The translations under genes were made by a program, and so were the position numbers. From a virus, in the IMG/VR virus record IMGVR_UViG_3300018081_000005: 57,491 nucleotides of DNA; one strand, 5' to 3'. Shown piece by piece: positions 49,814 to 57,491 of this stretch. Position 1 is the stretch's first letter. The number at the start of each line of letters is the position of its first letter. The notes under the pieces were generated by a model that worked only from the letters and a program-made list of their open reading frames with translations, was not told where the DNA came from and made no database searches.

Positions 49814-49863
49814 AAGGTTCCGGCCATTAGGTGGAGACCGGAGTCTCCACCCTCAGCTACCGA

Positions 49864-51003
49864 TCAGGCCGACCAAGCGAAGGCGGTCGGAACGGAGTAG
49901 GCGCCAGCGGTCACCTTCATGACCGCAGCCTGGCCGCGACGGCCGATGCCCGACCCCATACCCTTGATGAAGTACGAGTCGATCAGCGGGTACGCCGAGT
50001 TATTGCCCGGCTTGAGAACCAGACCCTTGAGCGTGGATTGGGAGTGCTCGCGAAGACCGACGATTCCGAGGTTGGTGTTTCGCCCGAGCGAAGCGGCGGC
50101 GACCATCCATCCCGACGGAATGTTGCCATTCTCGATGATCAGATACGACCCGTAGGTCCCGACCACGTTCATGCCGGCGAACACGTTCTGGGCCTGACCA
50201 CCAGCGGCGACCTCCCAGCCAACTGGAAGCAGGAAGCCCGTTCCGGTAGCCGGAATGAAGTCGTAGACCGCCGTCACCGCGTTGTTGTTCACGACGCCGC
50301 GTCGGAACGTCTTGATGACGTCCGCCTCGGTCTTGTTGACCAGAATGAGCGGCGTATAACCGTTCTGCTGGTCGTAGCCGTGCTCGGTGATGAGAGTCAC
50401 CAGGTTGTCGAGGTCCGTGCTGTCCAGAGTTGCGGCGCCGGAAGCGACGTAGTGGGTATGGGTAGCCGGGTTGAAGGTAACCCCGTTGTACGGCGGGATG
50501 TACGCGGAGTCGGCATTGTAGAGCGCCGTTACCGTGTACGCCACGTCGTTCAGGTTGGTGGTCCGGTTGGCGCTGTTGAAGATGGCCTTCATGGTCAGCT
50601 CGAACTCGAGCCGGTTCTCGGCCTCCATCGCCATCTGGAACACGGCGTCGATCTGCTGAGCGGAGGCGCCTTCCGTGTTACCGTTCCCGGCGAGGAACTG
50701 GAAGGTGTAACCCTGCCGCATGTCGTACCACTTGAACGGGAATGCCCTTTGCGCGACGACCGGCGCCGGACGAACCGACATCGGGATGCCGTACTCAGTA
50801 GCTTCCTCGAACCGCTCGGTCCCGGCCTGGACGATGTCCTCGATCGCATTGCTCACCGAGAATGACAGCAGGTCCACAAGCGGAGTCCGCTGCGCATTGA
50901 ACGTCTCGAGGATCGCGTTGAACCCGGCCCAGATCGCGTTGAGGTCCTGGCCATCGCGGGTCCTGACGAGGATATCGCCACTGGTTGCAATTCCTTTTGC
51001 CAT
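49864..51003 (-). CDS. Major capsid protein (HK97 fold inferred)
   Basis: 379 aa. Position after the scaffold and decoration genes. Composition typical of major capsid proteins. Confidence 0.85.
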   Translation of the reverse strand: MAKGIATSGDILVRTRDGQDLNAIWAGFNAILETFNAQRTPLVDLLSFSVSNAIEDIVQAGTERFEEATEYGIPMSVRPAPVVAQRAFPFKWYDMRQGYTFQFLAGNGNTEGASAQQIDAVFQMAMEAENRLEFELTMKAIFNSANRTTNLNDVAYTVTALYNADSAYIPPYNGVTFNPATHTHYVASGAATLDSTDLDNLVTLITEHGYDQQNGYTPLILVNKTEADVIKTFRRGVVNNNAVTAVYDFIPATGTGFLLPVGWEVAAGGQAQNVFAGMNVVGTYGSYLIIENGNIPSGWMVAAASLGRNTNLGIVGLREHSQSTLKGLVLKPGNNSAYPLIDSYFIKGMGSGIGRRGQAAVMKVTAGAYSVPTAFAWSA

Positions 51004-51021
51004 TAGCGTCTACCCTCCTTG

Positions 51022-51411
51022 TTACGTAGTCGAGACCGGGCAGCGGATGACCAAGCGGTTGAGCTCGATCACACGGCCGATCACCTTGCCGGCGGCCGAA
51101 GCAATCAGGCCGGTGGAAGCGCCTGTCGCCACGGAAACGATTGCGCCGGCCACAAATGCAGCACCGGCCGTGGTGGTGGCGTCCGCGATCTCGCCGTGAG
51201 TCATGACGTCAATCATGTCGCCGGCCGCCATCGCGCGAACGGGACAGATCACGCCGATGATTGCGGTTTCCGCCGCGCCTCCGATAGCGACCTGACCCGA
51301 GCTGTTAATGGACACAGCCTGGATCTTGTCCTTGTCGGCCACGAGAATCGCTGCGGCCAACGGCGCCCGGAAGCCACCCGATACCGGGTCGTACTTATCA
51401 AACCTTGACAT
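51022..51411 (-). CDS. DUF2190-type head decoration / cement protein
   Basis: 129 aa Ala/Gly/Ile-rich. The pattern ...GGAAETAIIGVICP...AGDMIDVMTHGEI... fits DUF2190 as I recall it. Precedes the capsid gene. Confidence 0.6.
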   Translation of the reverse strand: MSRFDKYDPVSGGFRAPLAAAILVADKDKIQAVSINSSGQVAIGGAAETAIIGVICPVRAMAAGDMIDVMTHGEIADATTTAGAAFVAGAIVSVATGASTGLIASAAGKVIGRVIELNRLVIRCPVSTT

Positions 51412-51463
51412 TGGGCCCTTCCACTCCCTTCCTGTATCGGGGGCTTCCCTTGCCCCGTATGCG

Positions 51464-52132
51464 TTAGTTCAACTTCTGCCTCAGCGCCGGGAATCGCTTC
51501 GCCAAAGCACCCTTGTCCGGCTGCGCCCCCGTTTGCGGCGCAATCCCGCTATTGGCGGGCATAACACCGGGCGGGGGAGAGTTCCCCGTACCGGCACCTT
51601 GGCCCTGCTCTTCAGCGGGCTTCGGCTTGAGCAAGAAAGGATTTGCCTGGGCCAGGGCCTTCAGCGCATCCTTCATCCCCGTTACGTTGCCTTCGGCGTC
51701 CACCAGGACCTTTGAGCGGTCCAGAAGCTGAAGCGCGGCGGCCGGGGAATGCCAGTCATGCGTATTGTCGGTGAGGAATGCGTTCTCGACGCGCAGCGCC
51801 TCGTTCGCAGCCTTGACTGCCGTCATCGCCGTCTGGGTCTCCGTCAAGTCACGCTGGAGCTTTTGAAGCTCCGGCATGTCTTTGTCGCGCAGCTGCTTAA
51901 GGGCAGCGTCGGTCTCGCTGAATCGCTTATCGGCCGCCTGCAACTGGGCCTTCAGCCGGTCGTAATCCCCTTGACTGACGGCGCTCTGTCCGTCGGCCGG
52001 GGGAGTAACCCCGGTAGTCCCGGTGGCGCTCTGTCCACCCGTTGCTGGATCGGTTCCCGTTCCCTGGTCGCTGGCTCCGCCGCTCTGTGCGTCCCCAGCT
52101 GCGCCGCCCTGTGCGCCCAATGGGTCGGTCAT
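51464..52132 (-). CDS. Capsid scaffolding protein
   Basis: Gly/Thr/Gln-rich N-terminus, then a long coiled coil (DYDRLKAQLQAADKRFSETDAALKQLRDKD...). Position supports the call. Confidence 0.65.
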   Translation of the reverse strand: MTDPLGAQGGAAGDAQSGGASDQGTGTDPATGGQSATGTTGVTPPADGQSAVSQGDYDRLKAQLQAADKRFSETDAALKQLRDKDMPELQKLQRDLTETQTAMTAVKAANEALRVENAFLTDNTHDWHSPAAALQLLDRSKVLVDAEGNVTGMKDALKALAQANPFLLKPKPAEEQGQGAGTGNSPPPGVMPANSGIAPQTGAQPDKGALAKRFPALRQKLN

Positions 52133-52209
52133 AACTGCCTCCTGAGTATAGCCCGACGATACTCCCCAGAGTCTACTGGGGTTAGTTCACGTTGCGCATT
52201 GAATGGGAC

Positions 52210-53448
52210 TCAAGCCCTACTTCGGCTTGATAGCTTGGCCTTCAAGCGTCTAAGCAACACCGCTCTGGTTTGACTGCTAGCGCCCGCTAGGCCATAGGTC
52301 TTGGCCAATGCCTTTAAGTCCGGGACCCGCATTCCATCCAATAACCTAACGTCCCGCGTGAAGTCTCCATACACGCGCTTCGCCGCGTCCAACTGGCCCG
52401 CCGTTAGCCCGTCCGTGCCCGTCCTCATGGACGTAGTGGCGGGAGATGGTCGCGAAGCCCTAATAGGGGGCGCCGTAGCGGCTCGAGTCCCGCCAGATAC
52501 GCTCCTGGGCGGAGAAACCACCGGCTGCTTGGAGTTAGCGATTGCGCGCTGCTCGTCAATCCATTTATCGTACCCGCCGTTAGTGAGAGTATCCAAAAAC
52601 TGATCCTCATCCACTTGGACCGGCGTCACGTAGCAGAAGCAATGTGGGTGTGGTTTCCTGGGGACTTCCGCTTTGGGAAAGATCCCCGCCCCCTGACGAA
52701 ACTGATCCTCATGCGCGTAGTCGTCACAAACGTCCGATTTTGGGTGGCTTCCGCTCAAGTGCCATTGCATCGCGTGAACCCAAGGCTTGTCCTGCACCTG
52801 CTGCACGGCTACTGCATGGAAAGCATTGTTGATCTCAGAGCGCGCCAGACGCAAGGCCGCATACCGAACGCCACCCGGCGTATTGGGGTTGAACCAATCC
52901 ACCGCCTCCGCAGCAAACTCGCGCGCGCTCTTGCCTTGGGCTAGAATGGAAGTGATCCGTTGGTCAATCCGGCTACCGAGCCAAACGTCATTGTTGTAGA
53001 TCCGTTGCGCCAGATCAGTGTAGCTATACCCCATACGCGCCAACGCAACGTCAGCAGTCCGCGCTAGTCCAAACGTCAGGTTGGTCAAGACCTCATTCGC
53101 TAGCGCGGTATACCCCAGACGATCCAACACAAAGGCATCCATGGCATTGCCCAGTTGGATAGCGCGCGCCGTAGCCTCCAAGCGACGCGCTTCAACTACC
53201 CGCCCCAGCGCGCGGAGAACCGCAGCCTGCTGTTCGAGTAATGCCTTCCGTACCGTAGCCATTTGCTGGTGGCGAACGGTGTCGCTCATTGTCATGCTTG
53301 TCTTGGAAGCTATGCGAGCAATATCGGTCCGCATGGCGTCGGCCGCATTCGCAAGCATAGCAACAATCTGCTGATCAGTCAGAACCTGAACCCTTGCATA
53401 GGCACGAATCCAGTCTTGTGGCGCCGGCTGCCTAACGGGACCGGTCAT
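52210..53448 (-). CDS. MuF/SPP1 gp7-like minor capsid (head morphogenesis) protein with C-terminal HeH/SAP-like domain
   Basis: ORF trimmed to ATG 53448 (ATGA coupling). SDVCDDYAHE...PHPHCFCYVTP is the gp7-family H-x-x-C-x-C motif. C-terminal RVPDLKALAKTYGLAGASSQTRAVLLRRL is Rho-N/HeH-like. Confidence 0.75.
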   Translation of the reverse strand: MTGPVRQPAPQDWIRAYARVQVLTDQQIVAMLANAADAMRTDIARIASKTSMTMSDTVRHQQMATVRKALLEQQAAVLRALGRVVEARRLEATARAIQLGNAMDAFVLDRLGYTALANEVLTNLTFGLARTADVALARMGYSYTDLAQRIYNNDVWLGSRIDQRITSILAQGKSAREFAAEAVDWFNPNTPGGVRYAALRLARSEINNAFHAVAVQQVQDKPWVHAMQWHLSGSHPKSDVCDDYAHEDQFRQGAGIFPKAEVPRKPHPHCFCYVTPVQVDEDQFLDTLTNGGYDKWIDEQRAIANSKQPVVSPPRSVSGGTRAATAPPIRASRPSPATTSMRTGTDGLTAGQLDAAKRVYGDFTRDVRLLDGMRVPDLKALAKTYGLAGASSQTRAVLLRRLKAKLSSRSRA

Positions 53449-53738
53449 GCCGGGGTCCACTTCCCGTCGCGAATGAAACCGTGCTTTTCGCAACAAGGCC
53501 ACAACAGGCTGGGTTCAAGATGCAACGGTTCCGATGAGACCAACGTATGCTTGATAACACCAGCCGCCATCCAGCGCGGCGCCGGTAGGTTGGGAGCTTC
53601 GCACCAATGCCAGATCAGAATCCCGGCTTGCGTCGGGTCATCGGGATCCTGCATCCAATAGGTATCATCCCCTACTGGCCGCGCTTCAATCCCGTCCCAG
53701 AGGGAAGGCGGGTTGCTGCGATCAGTATTGTTGGTCAC
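53445..53738 (-). CDS. Small Trp/Cys/His protein, DUF6527-like
   Basis: ILIWHWCEAPN...HTLVSSEPLHLEPSLLWPCCEKHGFIRDGKW resembles the PS[IL]...C-x-x-H-x-F-[IV]-x-x-G layout I recall for DUF6527. From memory only. Confidence 0.4.
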   Translation of the reverse strand: MTNNTDRSNPPSLWDGIEARPVGDDTYWMQDPDDPTQAGILIWHWCEAPNLPAPRWMAAGVIKHTLVSSEPLHLEPSLLWPCCEKHGFIRDGKWTPA

Positions 53739-55315
53739 GCCACACCACCGTCAACCGGCATCGCTTCCAACCCGAGACGAGACGCTTGCGCGTCCAACTC
53801 CGCCGTAGCGGCGGCCGCCATACGCGCCAACAGATCTGAAGGGAACTGGAACCCAAGCTTGGCCGACAGATACTCCTGGGCATACTGCACATCAACAATC
53901 CGGGCAGTAATGAGTTGCACGATCTCAGCAATGATCGAAGCGCGATCGACCGGCATCGCGTCGCCGAATGATACATTGACGGTGAACACACCGTCAGTAG
54001 GCGGCCGACCTTCATATGCCGGCGCCCAACCATTCAACAAATCCCACATGAATTGCGTCAGGACCGCAGACATCCCTTGTTCGCGTTCGCGGTTGCCGGC
54101 GATAACGGGCGCCATCTTGATTGCCAATGCCACACCGCTCTCCGCAACCTGGACGTCCACTTGCCCAACTGCGATGTCCGGCGTACCGGTGGCCTCCAAC
54201 GCAACGCTCTTGAGGCTATTCACATGGTCCTGCAGCGGGTCTACGCTCGTGACGCCTTCTACACGTCCGAACTTCTTACCGGCGCCCAACTCCAGGACCG
54301 AGGCGGGCGCAATCACCCAGTCCAGCTCAGTTCCATTGGCATCACGCGGGGAACCAGAGTCCGTCCAGTACACCCCAATACCCGCCAAGGCGATGGCCAT
54401 GTCCTCGTCTGTCATGCCTTGCGTGATACCGGCGAGAACGCTCTCCATACCCTGCAACAGACTGTAACCGAAAGCGGCGCTGTTGGAGTTCTTGAAATGG
54501 TACACCGGGATCGCTTGGATTTCCTTTGGCAGCATGAAACCGGGGAAGGCTAGCGTCGTGTGCCACTCGCTCCAAGTCAGCCAGGATGGCGTCTCGGCCG
54601 GCTTGAGGTCAACGGCGGAGAGCGGGAACCGGTCATCCCATCCATTGGCCTCATAGAAGTCGATCTTGTAGTAGATACCGCCAATGGCCGAGCCAGGAAC
54701 GGCCGCAACATCCTCGTCCGTCAGGATCCGTTGGTAACGCTCGCGTTGGGCGATCGTAGTCTGCCCATCCGGGGAAGTCAACAACGTGACGATGTAGCAA
54801 CCAGCGATTCGCTCCGGATCAGTCCCCATAGGGATCCGGAAGTACTGCGCTCCATCCAATAGCGTGATTCGGAGTCGCTGGCCCTCCGGCTTACTGGTGT
54901 CCGCGCTCAGCTGCAGGAATGAATCGCCACGCCGGAGCATGGCGCGCTTGGTTTCGCCGAACTTCACCATGAACAGCTCGCGGTCGAAGAGCTTCTTGAC
55001 CCAGGCCGCTAACTCCGCCTGATCTTCTGGATGGGCCGGGCTGTCAACCGGGATGTCGTAGCTGATGGTCAAGCCCTGACCCAAGTACCGGTTGGTGGCT
55101 TCCAGGATCGCTCGTCCATATGGGATGTAGCGACGTCCTTTGAGGTCCGTCTCCGTCCTGAGTAGAGCATCAAACGCTTCGGCAGCATTGGACAGAATGT
55201 CATCATATGTCCAGTAAGCCTGAATGCGCCACAGGTCGTCTTCCGTGTGCTTGTTGCTTACATAGGTCGGGGCTGGGCGACCTAGCGCTATCGCAGTCGA
55301 GTATGGGGATACCAC
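53735..55315 (-). CDS. Portal protein
   Basis: 526 aa, immediately downstream of TerL and upstream of MuF. Acidic, typical size. Confidence 0.85.
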   Translation of the reverse strand: MVSPYSTAIALGRPAPTYVSNKHTEDDLWRIQAYWTYDDILSNAAEAFDALLRTETDLKGRRYIPYGRAILEATNRYLGQGLTISYDIPVDSPAHPEDQAELAAWVKKLFDRELFMVKFGETKRAMLRRGDSFLQLSADTSKPEGQRLRITLLDGAQYFRIPMGTDPERIAGCYIVTLLTSPDGQTTIAQRERYQRILTDEDVAAVPGSAIGGIYYKIDFYEANGWDDRFPLSAVDLKPAETPSWLTWSEWHTTLAFPGFMLPKEIQAIPVYHFKNSNSAAFGYSLLQGMESVLAGITQGMTDEDMAIALAGIGVYWTDSGSPRDANGTELDWVIAPASVLELGAGKKFGRVEGVTSVDPLQDHVNSLKSVALEATGTPDIAVGQVDVQVAESGVALAIKMAPVIAGNREREQGMSAVLTQFMWDLLNGWAPAYEGRPPTDGVFTVNVSFGDAMPVDRASIIAEIVQLITARIVDVQYAQEYLSAKLGFQFPSDLLARMAAAATAELDAQASRLGLEAMPVDGGVA

Positions 55316-55345
55316 CGGTTGCTCCTCCTCGGGTTCGAACGAATC

Positions 55346-56863
55346 CTACCTGGTCACGCTGGCCTTCGCTTGGCGGGTACTCAAGTACGGGCTCCCAAGC
55401 ATCCCGGAGAACATACGTCCCAACGCTTCCGGTGTATGATCGTCTTTCTTCAATGGGTTCTCCGGCGCGCTGCGACCCTTCTCGCTGGCCTGCTCTTTGC
55501 TTTCCTTGTATCGGTAATCATTGAACTCTCTTATTGTGTGGACGCACCTACGATGGACCGTCAACTGCGGCGGTGCACCCTCTCCTAACGTCCCAACCTT
55601 GAGCTTCCGCCGGAACCATTCCAAACGGTCGTTGATGGTTAGACTGCCGGGATCCATACTTCGCACCCGTAGCAATTGCTCTAGCCTTCTTGTGCGATCG
55701 GGCTCCGCTGGATCCGGATAGAAGCCGCGCAAGGTCACCGGGTTCATTCCGCGCTCCTGAATGATCTCGGCCATCTCCTCCGTAGTCCGGCCTACCTCAT
55801 ACACCTCATCCAGGATATGGAACCGTTGGTGCCTAGAATCCGTCTGGACGATGAGCCACACGAATGGGTTGGTAAAGCCGTAGTCCGCGCAAGCCCAAGT
55901 CTCCCAGCCGGCCCGGAAGCCGTCGCTATTGACGTGTATCTCTTCGTCAAAGTCCTTGAACACGCGGCCCACATACTCCGTGAACAGCGCTGCAATCTCC
56001 TGGTTGAACATCTCCACAGACATGTCCAGCCACATGACCCAGATCTCGGGGTGGATCCCTTCCGGCGCAATAACTCCGTCTCCACCACGAATCATCCGAC
56101 CGAGCTCAGACAGCGCCTGCTTGGCCTTGTCTAGCCGGCCGTGTCTGTGTTGCTCCGTCAACCACTTGAGCAAATCCTCATTGACGCCACCGGGATACAC
56201 ATAAGGGTTAACCCAAGCCGGTGCCCGCCAAGACTTCCAGTCAGCGCGCTCTGGGTCCTGCCCAATCATCCAAAGGTCATAGAACCAGTTCTTGCCTTCT
56301 GGTGTAGAACCGAACTGCATCCAACCATTGAAGTCGGCCAATGTTGGACGGATGTACTTGATCAGGACAGAGGGCTTGAGCTTAGCAGCTTCAGAGAACA
56401 CTACGCCGCTAAGGCCCTCACCAACTAGCGTTTGTGGGTACTTGGCGGACTTGGCCGTGATCAGATAGCGCCTATCGAAGAGACTAATCTGCATGTTGCC
56501 GGATTCGGGATTGTTGTACGTCCCCGGATGATCAAAAGCAAAGCCCAAGCACTCCAAGGCATTGTAGATAACGCGGAACTCTTTCTCGGCATCGCTGTAC
56601 TCCGGCCCAACAATCCAGTACTCACGCCGCAGACTCTTCCGCCGTAGGTAGTTCAACTCAGCATAAGTACGGAACGCTTCCGGAACAAGGCGATGCGCGC
56701 CCATCTGGCTCTTACCCGCGCGGCGGCCTGCTGCTACAACCTTGTTACGAGTGCGATCTAACAACACCTCTCGCTGCAGGTCATATGGAACCCAATCGAG
56801 CTCCTCCCAGATGTAGGGCCAGAGCTCGTTGGGGGGCGGCGGCGTGAGCAGCTGCTGTTCCAT
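55346..56863 (-). CDS. terL: Terminase large subunit
   Basis: Walker A VVAAGRRAGKS, Walker B-like GVVFSEA, nuclease-domain acidic motifs ACADYG and KKDDHTPEALG. 505 aa. Confidence 0.92.
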   Translation of the reverse strand: MEQQLLTPPPPNELWPYIWEELDWVPYDLQREVLLDRTRNKVVAAGRRAGKSQMGAHRLVPEAFRTYAELNYLRRKSLRREYWIVGPEYSDAEKEFRVIYNALECLGFAFDHPGTYNNPESGNMQISLFDRRYLITAKSAKYPQTLVGEGLSGVVFSEAAKLKPSVLIKYIRPTLADFNGWMQFGSTPEGKNWFYDLWMIGQDPERADWKSWRAPAWVNPYVYPGGVNEDLLKWLTEQHRHGRLDKAKQALSELGRMIRGGDGVIAPEGIHPEIWVMWLDMSVEMFNQEIAALFTEYVGRVFKDFDEEIHVNSDGFRAGWETWACADYGFTNPFVWLIVQTDSRHQRFHILDEVYEVGRTTEEMAEIIQERGMNPVTLRGFYPDPAEPDRTRRLEQLLRVRSMDPGSLTINDRLEWFRRKLKVGTLGEGAPPQLTVHRRCVHTIREFNDYRYKESKEQASEKGRSAPENPLKKDDHTPEALGRMFSGMLGSPYLSTRQAKASVTR

Positions 56864-57054
56864 TAGTCCGTCTCAGCGGCTTCCATTGCCTTCTCGTATG
56901 CCTTGGTACGCTTACAGTTCTTGCAAGTTACGCCGTACGGGTTAACTGCACCGGATAGCACCATGCTTGGGTATGCGTTGCGTTCAACTCCACAGGCGTA
57001 CTTGTAGTCGGAATCCCCCATCTCCGATATACGCAAATGGCCCTTGTCACTCAC
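56863..57054 (-). CDS. Small Zn-ribbon protein (63 aa from GTG; ..YACGVERN...VTCKNCKRTKAYEKAMEA)
   Basis: ORF 56863-57192 trimmed. Its N-terminal 46 codons have poorer third-position G/C (about 59%) than the overlapping hand-found ORF 57051-57224 (about 75%). GTGA coupling upstream, TAATG coupling to terL. Confidence 0.4.
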   Translation of the reverse strand: MSDKGHLRISEMGDSDYKYACGVERNAYPSMVLSGAVNPYGVTCKNCKRTKAYEKAMEAAETD

Positions 57055-57224
57055 TTCGCCCACATCCCCATTCTCCGCACGCGCGCTCGGGCCAAGCAGG
57101 GGGTGAGGAAGGTACACATGAAGACGTTGATACCCTCGATTGTTGCTGCCTGTATCGACGCATCCGGCGGCCCTTCCCCGCATGCGTTGCACCGAACCAC
57201 AGGCTCGTCCGCTTTCTTGCTCAT
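57051..57224 (-). CDS. Unlisted 57-aa Zn-ribbon ORF (MSKKADEPVVRCNACGEGPPD...FMCTFLTPC...)
   Basis: Hand translation. ATGA coupling to the upstream small ORF. Below the 60-aa cutoff of the ORF track. Confidence 0.35.
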   Translation of the reverse strand: MSKKADEPVVRCNACGEGPPDASIQAATIEGINVFMCTFLTPCLARARVRRMGMWAK

Positions 57225-57391
57225 TTGATCACCACCGTGAACCTTGAAACCATGAATGCACGATCCTTCAATTGCGGGACTTCAAGCCTCTCGCCCGGCT
57301 TCCCGTTCAGCAGAAGCGGACCGATGTGCGCGGCCGCCAACCATTCTCGGCCATCTTCATCCCGGAACGTCAGGATGGCATTCGCTTCCAT
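57221..57391 (-). CDS. Unlisted 56-aa ORF (MEANAILTFRDEDGREWLAAAHIGPLLLNGKPGERLEV...)
   Basis: Hand translation. Its ATG overlaps (TAATG) the stop of the junction-spanning copy of ORF 23-238. Third-position G/C about 68%. Confidence 0.35.
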   Translation of the reverse strand: MEANAILTFRDEDGREWLAAAHIGPLLLNGKPGERLEVPQLKDRAFMVSRFTVVIK

Positions 57392-57491
57392 TACTTGTCC
57401 TCACAACCACAAGTCCTGGTATGCCTATCCCCGTGCTTGCCATCCGGACCTAGCGGACGGTGCCGATCGCATTCATCAATCAGCCGCTGTA
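57369..57491. repeat. Terminal direct repeat, copy 2 (identical to 1-123)
   Basis: See copy 1. It contains a duplicate of the 3' end of ORF 23-238. Confidence 0.95.

Noticed and set aside
56863-57192. The listed 109-aa ORF upstream of terL as a single gene or small terminase.
   Set aside because: Its first 46 codons have lower third-position G/C than the overlapping 57-aa ORF. A GTG start coupled by GTGA gives a compact 63-aa Zn-ribbon protein. It has no terminase-like features.
1-57491. Lysogeny module (integrase, CI/Cro-type repressor, attP) or a known defence/anti-defence system.
   Set aside because: No tyrosine or serine recombinase motifs and no HTH repressor pair were recognised in any frame. 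The genome looks lytic, but absence by eye is weak evidence.

Overview
The window is a complete, GC-rich tailed-phage genome. It is closed on itself by an exact 123-bp terminal duplication (1-123 = 57369-57491), leaving 57,368 unique bp. Every credible gene lies on the minus strand. The plus-strand ORFs in the track look like antisense or out-of-frame artefacts of the GC-rich sequence.

The genome reads (high to low coordinates, wrapping through the junction) as two transcription blocks.

(1) Late block. It starts at an AT-rich island (6431-6699) and contains, in order:
- two small genes and a TerS-like gene (5218-5793)
- an accessory set: beta-rich protein, 20-aa-repeat protein, secreted beta-helix protein, lipoprotein
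- a train of small Zn-ribbon ORFs that crosses the junction
- TerL, portal, MuF, scaffold, DUF2190-like decoration protein and major capsid protein
- connector proteins, major tail protein, tail chaperones, a 1010-aa tape measure and tail-tip proteins
- an M15 endolysin and three membrane proteins, then a strong hairpin terminator at 34998-35039.

(2) Early/middle block (34990 down to 6700). It contains:
- four small genes, each behind a repeated promoter plus leader-hairpin cassette
- SNF2 helicase, Cas4-like nuclease, AAA_24 ATPase and SSB
- a nucleotide-metabolism island: FAD oxidoreductase, HAD phosphatase, SDR, DUF1599-like protein, UDG4, dCMP deaminase, MazG-like protein
- DnaE split into PHP and core ORFs, a divergent ThyX, membrane proteins, RuvC, a second MazG-like protein and a prim-pol/helicase.

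A long tape measure with no sheath gene suggests siphovirus morphology. GC-richness, ThyX, DnaE and the lipobox and Pro/Thr linker suggest an actinobacterial host; this is inference. I found no integrase, repressor, tRNA or CRISPR array.

The observations most worth follow-up are:
- the promoter/AGCGAG-hexaloop leader family with compensatory stem changes
- the AT-rich island with repeated CTGTCCTACTG boxes and a 16-bp palindrome
- the nucleotide island, which may point to DNA modification
- the split DnaE
- a gene whose coding signal switches frame twice
- a 20-residue repeat shared by two distant proteins.

All functional calls rest on motifs read by eye and on memory of protein families. 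No searches were run.
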